A stretch of DNA of 64,000 nucleotides from positions 15,688,001-15,752,000 of the forward strand of contig CM052818.1 of NCBI GenBank assembly GCA_028534125.1, written 5' to 3'. Below the pieces are notes generated by a model. That model worked only from the letters and a program-made list of their open reading frames with translations. It made no database searches and was not told where the DNA came from. The translations under genes were made by a program, and so were the position numbers. The stretch's first letter is position 1, and the number at the start of each line of letters is the position of its first letter. Origin of the DNA: Lama glama (lineage: Eukaryota). This document shows, one piece after another, positions 37,424-50,214 of this stretch.

Positions 37424-38974
37424 ACTGATTTTCTTTTATATCACCATTTCTCACTTCTACCTACAGCAACCACCAAACAGACCTGTCAAGGTATTGCAGA
37501 TTTTACTGAATAATTGGAGGAGCTCACAAAGAGTAAGTTAAAGAAATTCAAACAAAATATGATACTATGATTTTTTTATAATCCAACAGAAAAAGACTGA
37601 ATATATTTTATTTTTTATAGGGTCTACCCCCCAGATGCACCCCAGTTCCTAAGGTTTCTCCTATCGGGAGTTGCACGCAGTGGGTGGGTGTGTGTGCACA
37701 CATGTGCAAGTAGAAGTGGGGTTGGTCTCCACGAGCCCCTCCTATCAAGTTATTCTAATACACACACTGTCAAAATGAAAATAGCCTGCTTATCATGTAC
37801 GAACTGCAGGCACAATTTTAAGCAGGTCCCCCACCCTCTTCTTTCAACCAGGTTGCCACAATGAGACACTACTGCACAGAATCTTGGCTCCTCCACCTCC
37901 CACACCTGCTCTGAGAGCATCACAACCTCTCCACGGTGTCAGACTCCCCCCACCTTCTCACGGGAGAGAGTCTCACTCCAGGGCCCATCTCTCTCCTCCT
38001 AGAAGTACTCAGTAAATCGAGTAGTAGACATTTGTGCATTTCCCAGGTCTGATTTATTGAACGTATTACCAAAGTATCATTTGAGGATGGAGCAGAGAAA
38101 GGGAGCTGTGGGGCTCTAGCTGAACAGTCCAGCATGGACTTTGGTATACTGAATCCAGTCTCCTTCGAGGACTTATCAATATGAATTAACTTTGTTGTTT
38201 CTCCAAGTACCTAGCTAACAACTTACAATATATTCTCACTTGCACATGTATGCAAAACCACCTCAAGGCAATCATCACTTCTCACAAACAGCACAGTCTA
38301 AAGTCAAAGAGAGAGACAAAAAACATGTATCCAATTGCCCTGCAACTGTCAAGGCCACTGATGCCCATGGTGGAGGCAGCATACTATTTATTTCACGCTG
38401 AATGATTTCAGTTACATTCCCCTCTCCTGCCTATTTTCACAATATGTCCCCTTCAAGCTGCAAAGATTAAGAAATAAACATAAAACATTATAGAATTCCT
38501 GAAATATCTTCTCCTTTAGATTTGCAAAGATCCAGCTAATGGTTGGTATTACAACCTGGGAGGACCAGGAAAAGTACATACAGAGTGCCCTCCTACTCCC
38601 CAGCCACTGTCTAGAAGAGAGACGATTTCATTTGTATTGTTATAATATCAGGATAAAAGAAGTTATTAAAAAATCACATTTATTTCCCTCTCTATTTTCT
38701 TTTTATCTCCGCATTTTATCTTCTATTTGAACTACTCCCACCTTAAGCACATGTACATTACACAGGAATGTTACATGTGGTCAACAGGCAATGCCATGAA
38801 AAAGAAAAAAGGCTTACCATTACTTAACGCTTTCTGGTGAAAAGATACAATGATGGTAAATACATGTGCCATCAGGCAGGGCAGCTCACATATTAACACA
38901 GAAATTTTTCATTCCTACACAGAAGGTGAATCAGCTGGGAATTTACTGGGAGAGTAAGAAGGACACAGCGAAGT

Positions 38975-39165
38975 CAAGGAGCTGGAGATGAAAATTCTGG
39001 GACCGCCACTTACTCCTCCTGTAACATTGGGTAAATTACTTACATTTCCCTTAATCTCAACCATCTTATGTTTGAAAAAAATGGATATAATATTCCCTAC
39101 GTTGTAAAATTCTTAGGAGAATTAAACAAGAAGGCGAATAAAAAATATCTAACACTATGTGCAGT
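38975..39165 (+). mobile_element. MIR SINE
   Basis: gccacttact...tgtaacattgggtaaattactta...cttaatctcaaccatcttatg. Confidence 0.65.
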
Positions 39166-39224
39166 GTCTGCCACTTCTACCCCCAATTAGGTCACTGCTC
39201 AGTGCCTAAGGGACAGTCTTACCT

Positions 39225-40002
39225 GGTTGCTTGACCGTATCTCCAACTCAACATGGCCAAAAATGAGTTTGTTATCTTTCTTTCAAACCATTTCTCCTTC
39301 AGGAAAATGCATTGGTGGCTGTTCTTTCTCCCTTATATTACATTCCATCAGTCAGTCATTCTGGGGTCACTTCAAAACAGCTTTAATATTTTTTCTTCTC
39401 CTGTTTCCATGGCCACTGCCTTAGTGCAGGTCTCCATGATCTCTCTTTAGTATTACTTCAATTTTCACTTGTCTTTCTGCCTCGAGTCTCTACCCTTTGG
39501 AATTCACCCTCCCAATTCTCCTAGAGTGATCTTTTGGAACTATAAATATGACCACACACTTGCCCTCCTTGAAATAATTCAGTGGCTTACCTTCATCTAA
39601 AGGATGATTTTCCACTTCTTAGCCTGGTAAATACAGAATCCTCATTAGCCTGTTTTACCCTCATTTTTCTGTACTTCTTAACAAGTACTCTCCAGGCAGC
39701 CACTAGGTGGTTCTTCCCTGAATGTGACACACTCACGCAAGCCTCTGGACCTTTGTACATGCCATTTCCTTTAAAATGTTTTTCTTTTTGCTACTGAACC
39801 TAAATTGTTCCTTGAGCTCAACAGGGAAGTCTTCACCAGGGTCAACTGTTCAGTCTTACGATCCTAAGCTACTTGTAAATAAGTTTGCCATAGCAGTATG
39901 TAATGATCTAGCTTTTTGTCTTTGAAACTTCTGTAGCTCACACAGCACCTGGCACCTTGCCAGGTTCACTGCCTGTGCTGAATAGACACGTGAATGAATG
40001 AG
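39225..40002 (+). mobile_element. L2 LINE
   Basis: atctccaactcaacatggccaaaaatgag; ctagagtgatctttt; acagcacctggcac...gtgaatgaatgag. Confidence 0.8.
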
Positions 40003-40639
40003 CCAGTGGAAGTGAAAACACTCATTTATTTGAAGTGACATGTGTCTCGGGCGTCATCGTAAAAGGAGGGCTCATAGTTGTAAAGTGAAAACGCTGTGGA
40101 CACATAAACCCGAAGCCTAGAAAGAATAGTAACTACTATACCAGAAAAGAAATGTCACAATGAGTTTGCAGTGATTATTTTAAATTCACCCAGTCTGTTC
40201 TGGTTCTGGGAAATTTTGCTCCTGTGCTTATCAAAATGCATTTGTCTAACAGTGCAGCAGGCTGCCATCAGTTACCCTGCATTGACCTTCTATAGAAAGC
40301 AATATGTTAGCATGGAAAAATATACCAACGACTCAAAGCTAGGTGATCATCATTCATTCATTCAACAAATTTTTTCTGAGAACCTAACATAGACCAGGCA
40401 CTAATTTTCTATAAAAATAGTGTTTTTAATGGAACCAATGACAGTTGATAGACTTCAACAGCCAAAAAGACCCCAAAAGTAATGTATCTGCAGAGTATTG
40501 AGGTGTTTACTTCCTGTATAAATTAATTTTTCAACTGCCCTGAGCATAAAACACCTTCCTAGGGAAGCTGACAGTGTGATAAGACCTTCCTCTAGTTCAG
40601 TCTCATAAATAAAGAAAACATGGTAGACCAAGGCGGGAT

Positions 40640-40880
40640 GGTGGTTTGGGGGTTCCCAAGACTATCGCCAGGTTTGGTGACTTTCTAGAAGGACTCATAT
40701 GACTCAGCATAAATTGTACATATGGATAAGACTGAATACAGTGAAAACATACAAAGCCAAGTCTACAAAGGGAAGAGGCACATTGGCAGAAAGTTTGGAG
40801 GAGACCAGGCCCAACCTTCCAAGAATCTTCTCTCAGTTGAGTCACTCAGGATGCACTTAATCTTTCCTGGAACAAGAAAC
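40640..40880 (-). mobile_element. MER21-like ERVL LTR fragment
   Basis: gggggttcccaagactatcgccaggtttggtgactttctagaaggactcatatgactcagcata. Confidence 0.75.
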
Positions 40881-41254
40881 TGGCTAACCTCAGTGTTATT
40901 AACCATTTCCAAATCTCAGGGGGAGGGGACACACTGTTGAAACACATTACCAAAGGAAGGCTACAAGTGAAATAATGTGAAAAAAATGCATAAAAATTTT
41001 GCACTGCAGTGCAATTCAGATGCCAAAGCCTCATAATTTGTGAGTCTAATTCACCTTAAGTCCCAACATTTCTAATTCTAAGAATAATCTTCTCTTTTGC
41101 CATTAATTTATTTTTGGGAATATACCTGTATAGTATCTCTCACTGATCCATTAGTCAATTCTGCCCTCCTTTTAGAAACAATTATATTCAATGCCATTAT
41201 TTTTTACATGCCAAGACAACAGATACTATTTGAGTCCTCTTAAGATAATAAACA

Positions 41255-41478
41255 GCTATAGTAGGGCAAATTATAGTCCACAGGCCAGCTTCAGCCTACA
41301 GCTTGTTTTTGTAAATAAAGTTGTATTAGAACACAAGCCATGTCCATTCACATACATATTGTTTATGGCCACTTTTTCCTCAGTGACAGAGTTGAGTAGT
41401 TGTGACAGAGACTGTACGGCTTGCAATATCTAAAAGATTTACTGTCCGGCCCTTTACAAAGTGAGACAACACTTCTTC
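41255..41478. mobile_element. MER58A-like hAT MITE
   Basis: tgtttttgtaaataaagttgtattagaacac...cagagttgagtagttgtgacagagac. Confidence 0.8.
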
Positions 41479-42895
41479 TATAAGACTCAGGCTATAAACT
41501 GAGTTTTATTTATGGAAACACATTTCGTGACATAAAAATACCGAAACAGATCACGGCAATAGATTGAAAGAAAAAAATGTATTTTTATAAATTTTATTCA
41601 ATATGTCAAAATTAAACACAATATAGACCCCATGATATAAGTGCTCTCTTTTGGGTAGCATGTTCCTGAATAAGTAGAAAGGACCCAGGCTTTATAAGAG
41701 AAGAGCCATTAAAAGTGAACAACACTTTTTTTTCCCCTAAAACTGTGTAGTAAGCAGAGCCTTTCCTCATTGCCCAGGGAATCTTCAAGTGGCATTAAAA
41801 AATAACGTTTTCTTCTCAGAAAATTATTATTTTATAACTCGGTGTCCATAAACTACCTGACAGAGTTTGGAGGTGCTAAACTCCAGTTAAAGAGTTTCCT
41901 CACTGTCTTCTCTAACTGCCTCTTGGTTGAAGGTTGGCAGCAGACTGAGGGTCACAGATTTACTCATTGCTGTTGTCAGTATCACAGTCATTATATCAAC
42001 ATTATTACAGAGCTAGCTGTTATTTTAGGGGTCTCCTAATTATTACTGTCCTAAGAACACAGAGGAATAAGTCAAACCAGAGGACCAAGAAGGGGCCACC
42101 GTTCTGAGCCCCCCACTGAGAACAGGTTGGCTGCTTGCTGTAACTTCAGCTCATCAAGGATCCCCAAGACTTAAATTCTGGCTAGAGCCAGACTTTCATC
42201 TCTTCCCTACAGAGCCTATACATTTTTTATTGTAATAGTTGTACATCAGAAATGCTGTATCATGAAATAGAAGTTATGGAAAATTCTATTTGTCCTAAAG
42301 GATAAGTCAGACACTGCCCCAATGCATTTTTGCCATCGTCCATGCTTTTTGAGCCTGCCCTATATTTGGGTCTCAGGAGAGGGAGATCTCAGCATCGATC
42401 CTGCCCGCACACTTCTACACGGCTGCCCTGGCTCCTCACTGACAGATCTGGGTTGGCATTTCTCCGTTCTGGCTGCACAACCTTACAGTATTGTTTGGAC
42501 CAAGGAACAAACAACAGTGTCATATTACATACTCAGCACCTCTGGTCTCTAGCAGGAGCTCAAGTGTTGAGACCCGTGCGGAGGGTTTGCAGAACCTCCA
42601 AATGTGTTACAGGGCCTCTCATTCCTAGGGGGAGGTCTACCCATCCTTCCCAGAATGCTTCACAGTGTCCAGGAGCTGGACAGCCCAGACACGGGGGGAA
42701 ATTACCTTGCAAGTGGTGGTAAAGAAATCTCAGGTTAGAGCCCTAGGGAACCAGTGAAAGTTTAATTTTTTAAAAACAAAATATACGAATGATTTTTTAT
42801 TCCATAGCCATCATCATTATCATTATAACAATAAAAATAATTCTAGGTAAAAATTTTACGTCCTTAGTATCAAGCGTTATTCAAATTATATTGAT

Positions 42896-43086
42896 CAAGG
42901 GACAGAACACTACAGCCCATGGGCTGGTCAGTTCTTTCTGTAAATAAAGTTTGCCTAGGGCACAGCCACGCTCGTTTGCGTCCACACCGTCTGTGGCTGC
43001 TTGCCCTCTACAACAGAGACCACGTAGCCCACAAAGCCTAAAATATTTACTATGGGACCTTTACTGAAAAAGTTTGCTGACTATTG
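42896..43086. mobile_element. MER58A-like hAT MITE
   Basis: tgtaaataaagttt...cacagccacgctcgtttg...cccacaaagcctaaaatatttacta...aaagtttgctga. Confidence 0.8.
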
Positions 43087-43094
43087 GTATAGAT

Positions 43095-43215
43095 TATTTC
43101 AGTTAATTCTTGTGAAGACTCTGTGATGTAGGTACCATGACCATTCTCCCATAAGTGAGGAAATTGAAATTCAGGAGGTTAGACAACAATCCCATGGTCA
43201 CAAAGCAGGGGACCT
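43095..43215 (-). mobile_element. MIR SINE remnant
   Basis: actctgtgatgtaggtacc...tgaggaaattgaaattcaggaggttag...ggtcacaaagc. Confidence 0.6.
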
Positions 43216-43869
43216 GAAGGCCTCACAAGGTTTTATGGAGACTTTAGGTGAGTTACTTCACCTCGCTGGTCCTCAGCTCCCTCCTGGACGAAGGAAGGCT
43301 TTAGGTTAGATGGCAGCAGCTGTGGTGTTTCCCGTCTGTAACTTTGTGCATGTCCAGCATGGTTTGTCATTTCACACAGCAAAGATACAGAGTTTGCTAC
43401 AAAAGCACATTATCCATTTATGTCAAAGGAGATTTCCCAAATGCGACTCAGAAAAGGGATTCAGAGAAATATCTAGAGTAATGAAATGAAGTGATCACTG
43501 TTCTACCAAGAAATGTTGCCAGAGGCATGCTCCCTATCATTGCATCACATGTCTAGTTCTGTGCAAGGAGTACAATGACTGGTTCTAGGACAACAGTTCC
43601 TATCAATACCTCTACAACACAAAAATTAGCCTTGAGTATCCTGAGGTACAAGACAACCTTCTGATGGCCTCCTCAGCCGTCGGACAGTCCTTTGATGTGA
43701 ACAGGTTTAGTCTCCTAAGTAGCCCCTTTACTTCAATCAAGGTATTCAGGAAGCAGCCCATAGCTGTGCTGGGACCACCTGCTCTGAGCCATTCTCACAC
43801 TCCCCTGCTCTGTTCCACATCACAGAGGTGCTGCCCCCTGCAGGCTGTATTTCCTGGTTGCAGCATAAT

Positions 43870-44240
43870 CATAGCCAATTTAGCACCCCCCCCCCAACCC
43901 CCACCATGGGAGGTACTGAGTAGAGGACAAGGAAAAAAAAAAAAAGTCTCCCGTACTCCCCTGCCCTCTCTCCATCCCTCCCTCTGCGCTGGGCAGCATC
44001 TCTGACTGTTTCTCCTCCACATCCAGCTGATTTCTCACCAGATAGACTGACCATGATTCCAGCTTCTTTTATCTGCTGTCCAGCCTGGGCTGTAGCAACC
44101 TTTTCCTGCTGCTGCTAATCTCTGGTTGCTTCATGGCTTCCTTTGGTTTCTTAGTGTTTATGTCACCTGTACAACTACACCCCTGTATTAAGTTCTGTTT
44201 GTTTGCCATAGTTAATAGGTCTTCTGTTGTTCTAGATTTC
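43870..44240 (+). mobile_element. LTR33-like ERVL LTR fragment
   Basis: ttcctgctgctgctaatctctggttgcttca...ccctgtattaagttc. Confidence 0.6.
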
Positions 44241-44655
44241 CTCTAAAAAATGCACGTTTGGTCAGATTCAAACCTCCAGGATTCTGTCACCAACAGAAGC
44301 CTCGACAGACAAGCCTCTAATTGCTCACGTTTTTCCTGTCCGACCTCAATCCCATCTTTTGGATGAGATCCTTTTCTCTAAGTAACTGAAACAGCTCTGA
44401 TCAGTCAGATATTTGTCTAAACTTTAAAATTTAATGAAAAGTTTTCCAATGAAGACCCATTAATTGTCCTGACTGAGAACATACAAAAAAGTATGGCACA
44501 CAATAGTCATGGTCCAGGAACTTATAAGTCTTTCTATGCAGATATGATACTTTCATATTAAAATGATTAAATGATATGGTGAACACCTAAGTGTATGGAA
44601 GAGAGTAATGACCATTACTGCAGATTGAAAGGAAGAAATCATAGCGTTGGGAATA

Positions 44656-44962
44656 CAGTCATTCCTCAGTATCTGTGGGAGATGGTTACAGGACCCCTAG
44701 TGGATACCAAAAGCCACTGATGCCGAATCCCTTATATAAAACAACAAAGCATTGGCATATAACCTACACATATACTTTGGTATTCCTAAAATAATCTCTA
44801 AGTGACTTATAATACCTAACACAATTTAAATACTATGTAAATAGTTGTCAGTGTGTCAAGTTTTGCTATTTGGAACTTCCTGGAATTTCTTTCACAAATA
44901 TTTTGGATCCACTGTTGGTTGAATCCACAGATGTGAAACTCACCAATGTGGATGACAGCCTG
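44656..44962. mobile_element. MER2 Tigger MITE
   Basis: TA then cagtcattcctcagtatctgtggg; ggataccaaaa; acttataatacctaacacaat; ttggttgaatccacagatgtg. Confidence 0.85.
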
Positions 44963-45214
44963 TTGTCAAGAAAGTTTTCAGGTCATAAGCCAGGTCAAAG
45001 GTGAATGCTTTGGATGGACAATGGACAGAAAAAAGGACATCACAGTTAGGGGATATCACACACAAAAGCACAGCGCAGCCCAAGTCTCAGCTAATGATTA
45101 CTCATTTACATGTGAATAGGGAGTATGCTGAAGTTGGATATACTGATTAGACATTTAATGAGTCAATGATGGGAAAAGAGAAAGTGCCCTGTCACCTTAC
45201 GAAAACAGTACCTT

Positions 45215-45430
45215 GTGGGGAAAGAAGCACTGGCCTTGGAGTCAGGAAGACGTGGGTTTGGAGTCTCATTCTGCCTTTGCTGTTGGCATGACCGTGCATC
45301 CTCCTCTTAAGTGGTCTGTATCTGTTTTCTCAAATGCCAAGTCAGAATTCTTCATATGACTGATATGAACATGAAATGAAGTAGTATACATAAAATTAAA
45401 GGGTATCTGACAGACCATGGGCACTCAAAG
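45215..45430 (+). mobile_element. MIR SINE
   Basis: gaaagaagcactggccttggagtcaggaagacgtgggttt. Confidence 0.7.
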
Positions 45431-47003
45431 ATGGTGGGTGTTGGCACTGTTAGAGTTATTTTTGAGTTTCAGTTAGTAAGACAATTAGCCAGTCTTCAAG
45501 GAATACTAACAGATGACCTAAGACTCTCCCAGAATTGTCGTGAGGATGAGGGAATGTATATAAGCATTCAATAAAACTGCCTGACACTGAGAAGGTACTC
45601 CACTTGGTATTTATCATTGATATTTTCACATATATGTGATCTTGGGAGTGTTAGAATAAACATATGTGGTCTCTGATCTCAAGCATATGCCATTTAATAC
45701 AAGAACCTGAGATGTAAAACAGAAAAAATAACACTAACTCGCGTGCACGTGCAAGTGTGCGTGTGTGTGTGGTGGGGCAGTGGGAGTCTCTGTCAAGTCC
45801 TGTGCTGGGGCAGTATCCTCAGAGAATGCTGGATTGGGTAGGGTATCTGTTGGGAGGAGGTCCAAATGAAGGTTGGGGAAAAATTCTTAAGGACCAGTAC
45901 CGATGTTAGGTATATAGTGTGAACAAGAACTTAGAAGGTCGGGCATGACTCACTATGTGGAAGGAAGGCTGGTTGGGATGGCATTTAGTATATCACTGAG
46001 TTTGAATTTGTATGTAAAAGTGGATGGTACAAGGGATTGAGGTGAGAGCAGAGGACACAAAGTTTTGGGGTCCTGGAGACCATTAAAGAATGCAAAAATA
46101 GACTTTGGGAGTGCTACTCACAAGGTGACATTAATACAGAGATTTCCAAAGAGAAATGGCCTTTCATGAGATCTGTGGCTCTGAACATTTTGTTGTCAAA
46201 ACTCCTTGGGAGGCAAAGACAAGGGGCAAAAAACTTATGAACAAGTCCCTATATAGGAAGACTTAAAGACCAGCATCTTTAAGGCTAACAATTAGATGGA
46301 GGCCTAATGCCTGTCTTTGTGTGTTAAACCCCTCTCAGGATCAAATGGACCACAGCCCCATCATTGTTATCCTGCCAAAAGAGTAAATTATTTGTGATTG
46401 TATTTGCTCCTTTGTTATTTAACCATACCTAACTGCTTCAAGGTTATAACTACTTTTGTTTTTTTTTCTTTTTATTAGGCCAATTACTAGGACTCCATTG
46501 TGCAGCTAAGGACAAGATGACACTGTTTCAACAAAAGCATATATTTTTAGGGACTAATAATAACTGAGACAATCTCTGCCCTTAAACAGAACTAACAGTA
46601 CATGGAACATCAAGTTAAGAACATTTTAAAATTCTGTCATATGGAAGACTTATTTGGATCATATTTTCACAATGCTGTGGTATACATGGACCACAAATGC
46701 AGACAGGCTTCATGAAACTATGTGGGCTTTTTTTCACTTATTATAGTCATTTTATTTTATCATTTATAACTGGATCAAATTATGAGTTTCTCCAATATGG
46801 TGTGAAGAAAGAACACTGGTCAAGAAGTCACATAAATATGCTCTACTTCTGTCTTTTATGAAATATAACAAGTAGACCATTGTCATGGGGCCTTATTTTT
46901 TCTTTTAGCTTTCATCTGAAAAAAGAAAGGATTTGAATGAATGGTTAGAATCAGCTCTTCAAGTCCCCAGTGTTCTGAATCTAAGAATCTCCCCATTGGA
47001 TAG

Positions 47004-47137
47004 GGGGGACTGGGTATGGCTCAGTGGTAGAGAACATGTTTAGTATGTGCTACTGCAGTAGGGGTTCAATCCCCAGTATCTCCATTAAAAATAAATGAAT
47101 AAAATCTAATTACCTCCCTCCCCGCTAAAAAAAATAA
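47004..47137 (+). mobile_element. tRNA-derived camelid SINE (Vic-1-like)
   Basis: Pol III A box tggctcagtgg, B box ggttcaatccc, then ctccattaaaaataaa...ctaattacctccc and A tail; degenerate TSD (11/15) ctccccattggatag / ttctccaatggctag. Confidence 0.85.
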
Positions 47138-47849
47138 TGTCTTCTCCAATGGCTAGATCATATCAGAATGCAATTCTACTACCTGAAATTTCAAATATAT
47201 ATATGCAACTGAAAATTATTTTGCTGTTCTATTGTTTAATCATGTATTCATTCATTTATTCAATATATGGATCACTTAAAATGCTTTATAATTGCTAATT
47301 ATGTTTACAACATTTTGCTTAATACTGTGCGGTGGGAGATTTTATTAGAAAAAACTCTTAAGGTCAGAGACTTGCACTGTATTTGTGAATTCTATTATTG
47401 TCACCACAATTAAGACATGTATGTATCAACCATTTATTACAAGTGGAAAAGCCACAAAATGATGTTTCTCAAAATGTAGAACGAAGAGATGGATTCGTAA
47501 CTTTGTTTTTGCAGCCAAGTATCTCTTATCCTGTCCCCAGAAAATGTCCCCATTAAACCTGGGTCTCTGCTTTAAACTGGGAGCTGCTTTGAGACTGTGT
47601 TTTTGTCCATTAATGTTCAGTATACACAGAGCTCTGTAATACTGAATGACCAGATACATGAGCGACAGTAAGTGAATGAGAGAAAGAAACATGGTTAGAA
47701 AGACGTCTACCCAGTAACTTGCAGAACATTCTTCTTCACAAATTCTTAGAAGAAAACTATCAAAGTGTAAGCAATTTGCCCATTAATTGAACATAAGAAT
47801 AAAAGCAGATATGGCTATAATATCCACTAGTAGTACATATTTAAAATAA

Positions 47850-48025
47850 AAAAAAATGTTACAAGATAGGAGACAAAAACAAGAAATTCAGAACATAGAT
47901 AGAAAAAGGATTGGTGATATTCTGATAATTGTGGAAGCTGATTGACAGGTATGTCAGTCATTATACTAATCTTTCAAGTTTTGCACACGTTGAAAAAAAT
48001 TCCCATAATCAAGAATTAGAAATAA
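47850..48025 (+). mobile_element. Old L1 3' terminus (L1ME/MC-like)
   Basis: ataattgtggaagctgattgacaggtatg...cattatactaatctttc...ccataat. Confidence 0.55.
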
Positions 48026-50214
48026 ACCAACGCAAGGCATGCTGAGCAGGTATTATTTATAGTGGCTGTCATGCTTTGTTCTGGTGATCACAGTCCATGT
48101 AGCACAGGAACAAAAAAATTAGAAATTCAGTGGTAGTGATACCCAAATACGGGATAACCTTGGGCCTAGGCACTATATTGCATAGTGGTACCATTTTAAC
48201 TGAAATGATATGGAGGGCTAGAAAGGCAAGCTGAGGTCTCATGATGGTGTATGTGGACACCACCAGCCAAAGGAGTTCCAACTGAAACTGTTACATGTTG
48301 ATTCAGAGCCATCTAGGAAGGAGGGAGGGAAAGATGGAGGGATGGATGTACAGTCATATCATACTTCTCTTCTTTGGCCAGTTTTTTGACGTACCAAAGA
48401 AGGAGTGACTAGCCTTGATGTCTCCTGATAACCTGTATTAAAGGGGATCAACTTGAAGTGAACTATTGGAGAACCTATGATATACTGAATCTGTAAAAAG
48501 CTAGCTTTTTCTACTTACCTTCTATACTCCCTATGCTCCCAATTTTCTTCATCTATTAAGGTGGTAACTACCTCCTCTATGACATACACACTACATAGAA
48601 GCCCCAGACATCTGGAATGTTTATTTATTTAAAACTCCAAACCTCTCAGCCTTCATTTGAAATATCACAATTTTGAACAACATGCAAAGTTACTAAGTCT
48701 TCAGTGACTGTCTGGCTTTCCACTGTATTTCAATCCATTCTATGAATCAGACTAATAGCACCAGATAATCCTTAGTGACCCAACTCGACAGTATCTCAGA
48801 GGATGTTCAGTACAAGGAAGTTCTCCCTGTCATTGTTCCTGGGGGTTCATGGACATACTAAGCCCAAATCCCTCGTGCAGCTACCACTGCATGGATTTTT
48901 CAGCTTACATCCTCGTTGGAATGGTTACCCTTCAGACTCATTTTTCTTTTAGGGTTGCCTATGATCTCCATTTGAAACCATCATTCACCTGGGTACAGAT
49001 GACAGAAATCCAGAAAGACACATCTGCTTTATATGAAGCATTGTGCTCTTTCCATCAACTGTAACAGGATTAAAAATAAATATGCTAGGGTCACAGTACT
49101 TTTTTAAAAAATCTTTGAATGTCAAATATATGATTTTGAAAATGGTCTGGGTGATATATGTTCTAAGACACAAATGTGCTAAGAATGAAAGATGATTAAA
49201 GGTGTGAGAGTTTGTGTGTGGGAGAGAGTTGTAGCACATCTTATATAAAATAGATTTTAATAATAGGTTTCACATTAGAAAGATTAATTTTCTAGGGTCA
49301 TAATAAGAGGCTTTCTCATGATAAACATTTCAAATGAGACACGGCTCTAAGCTCCTGGGAGAGTCCTAAGGGGTCCATGTTCTGCCAGGTGAGGGGGATT
49401 TTTCCATTCCTCATCCCCTTTGAACTGATTCTTCAGGGAGGATTAACAGAAATTTTTAAAATGCATTTGAAAAGGAAAACATGTTAGCACCTGTTATTCT
49501 GTGTAATTTCATTTTATAATTTCTTAAGAAACAACTTGTGTCTTAGGTCCCTTTTTGAAATGTCTCTGCTTCGAGTCTTTACTTACTCCCATCTGTCTAG
49601 CTCACAGTGGCCAGAACAATTACCCTAACATATCACTCGAATCCTGACATTTCCTTGCTCTTTGCCTCACCTCACAATATGTTTGGCTTTCCGTCCTATG
49701 GCCTTCACAGCAGGGGCCAATCAGCAGTCAGCTCCAGGTCTACCACCACCCCCAGACACTAGAACTAAATGAAGCCCAAGTAAAGCAGATGTGTATAAAT
49801 ACCCAAGATAACAGAACATCCTTCAACAGAACTAAGTTATTGAATGTATTTGGTGAGTGAGAACCAAGATGAGTGAAGGAACAGTCTTAAGTTTCTCAGT
49901 GGGTGGCTGTGTCTTTGTCAGCTAGATGTAGTTTTGAAGACACACAGAACATACACAAGAAAGAGTCAAATAGGAAGCTGGATATATAGACATATATATT
50001 CAGGGGAAAGGACGGAATTGAAGATAAATAAGCAAATGTCATTATCCAACAGATAAAGGATGAAACTCAGGAGTGAACGTTATAAGCTAAGTAGAATCTG
50101 TCAAGTGAGAAATGAAGAAGGACAAAGAGATGACAGGAAAACATAAAATTAATGCATGGAAATACTCCCAAGGAGTCAGAAAAAAACAGCGCAAAATTCT
50201 CTGAGATCCATCTT

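Noticed and set aside
47004..47080. tRNA gene
   Set aside because: A and B boxes are present but the cloverleaf is degenerate, and an AT-rich tail and TSD follow; it is a SINE.
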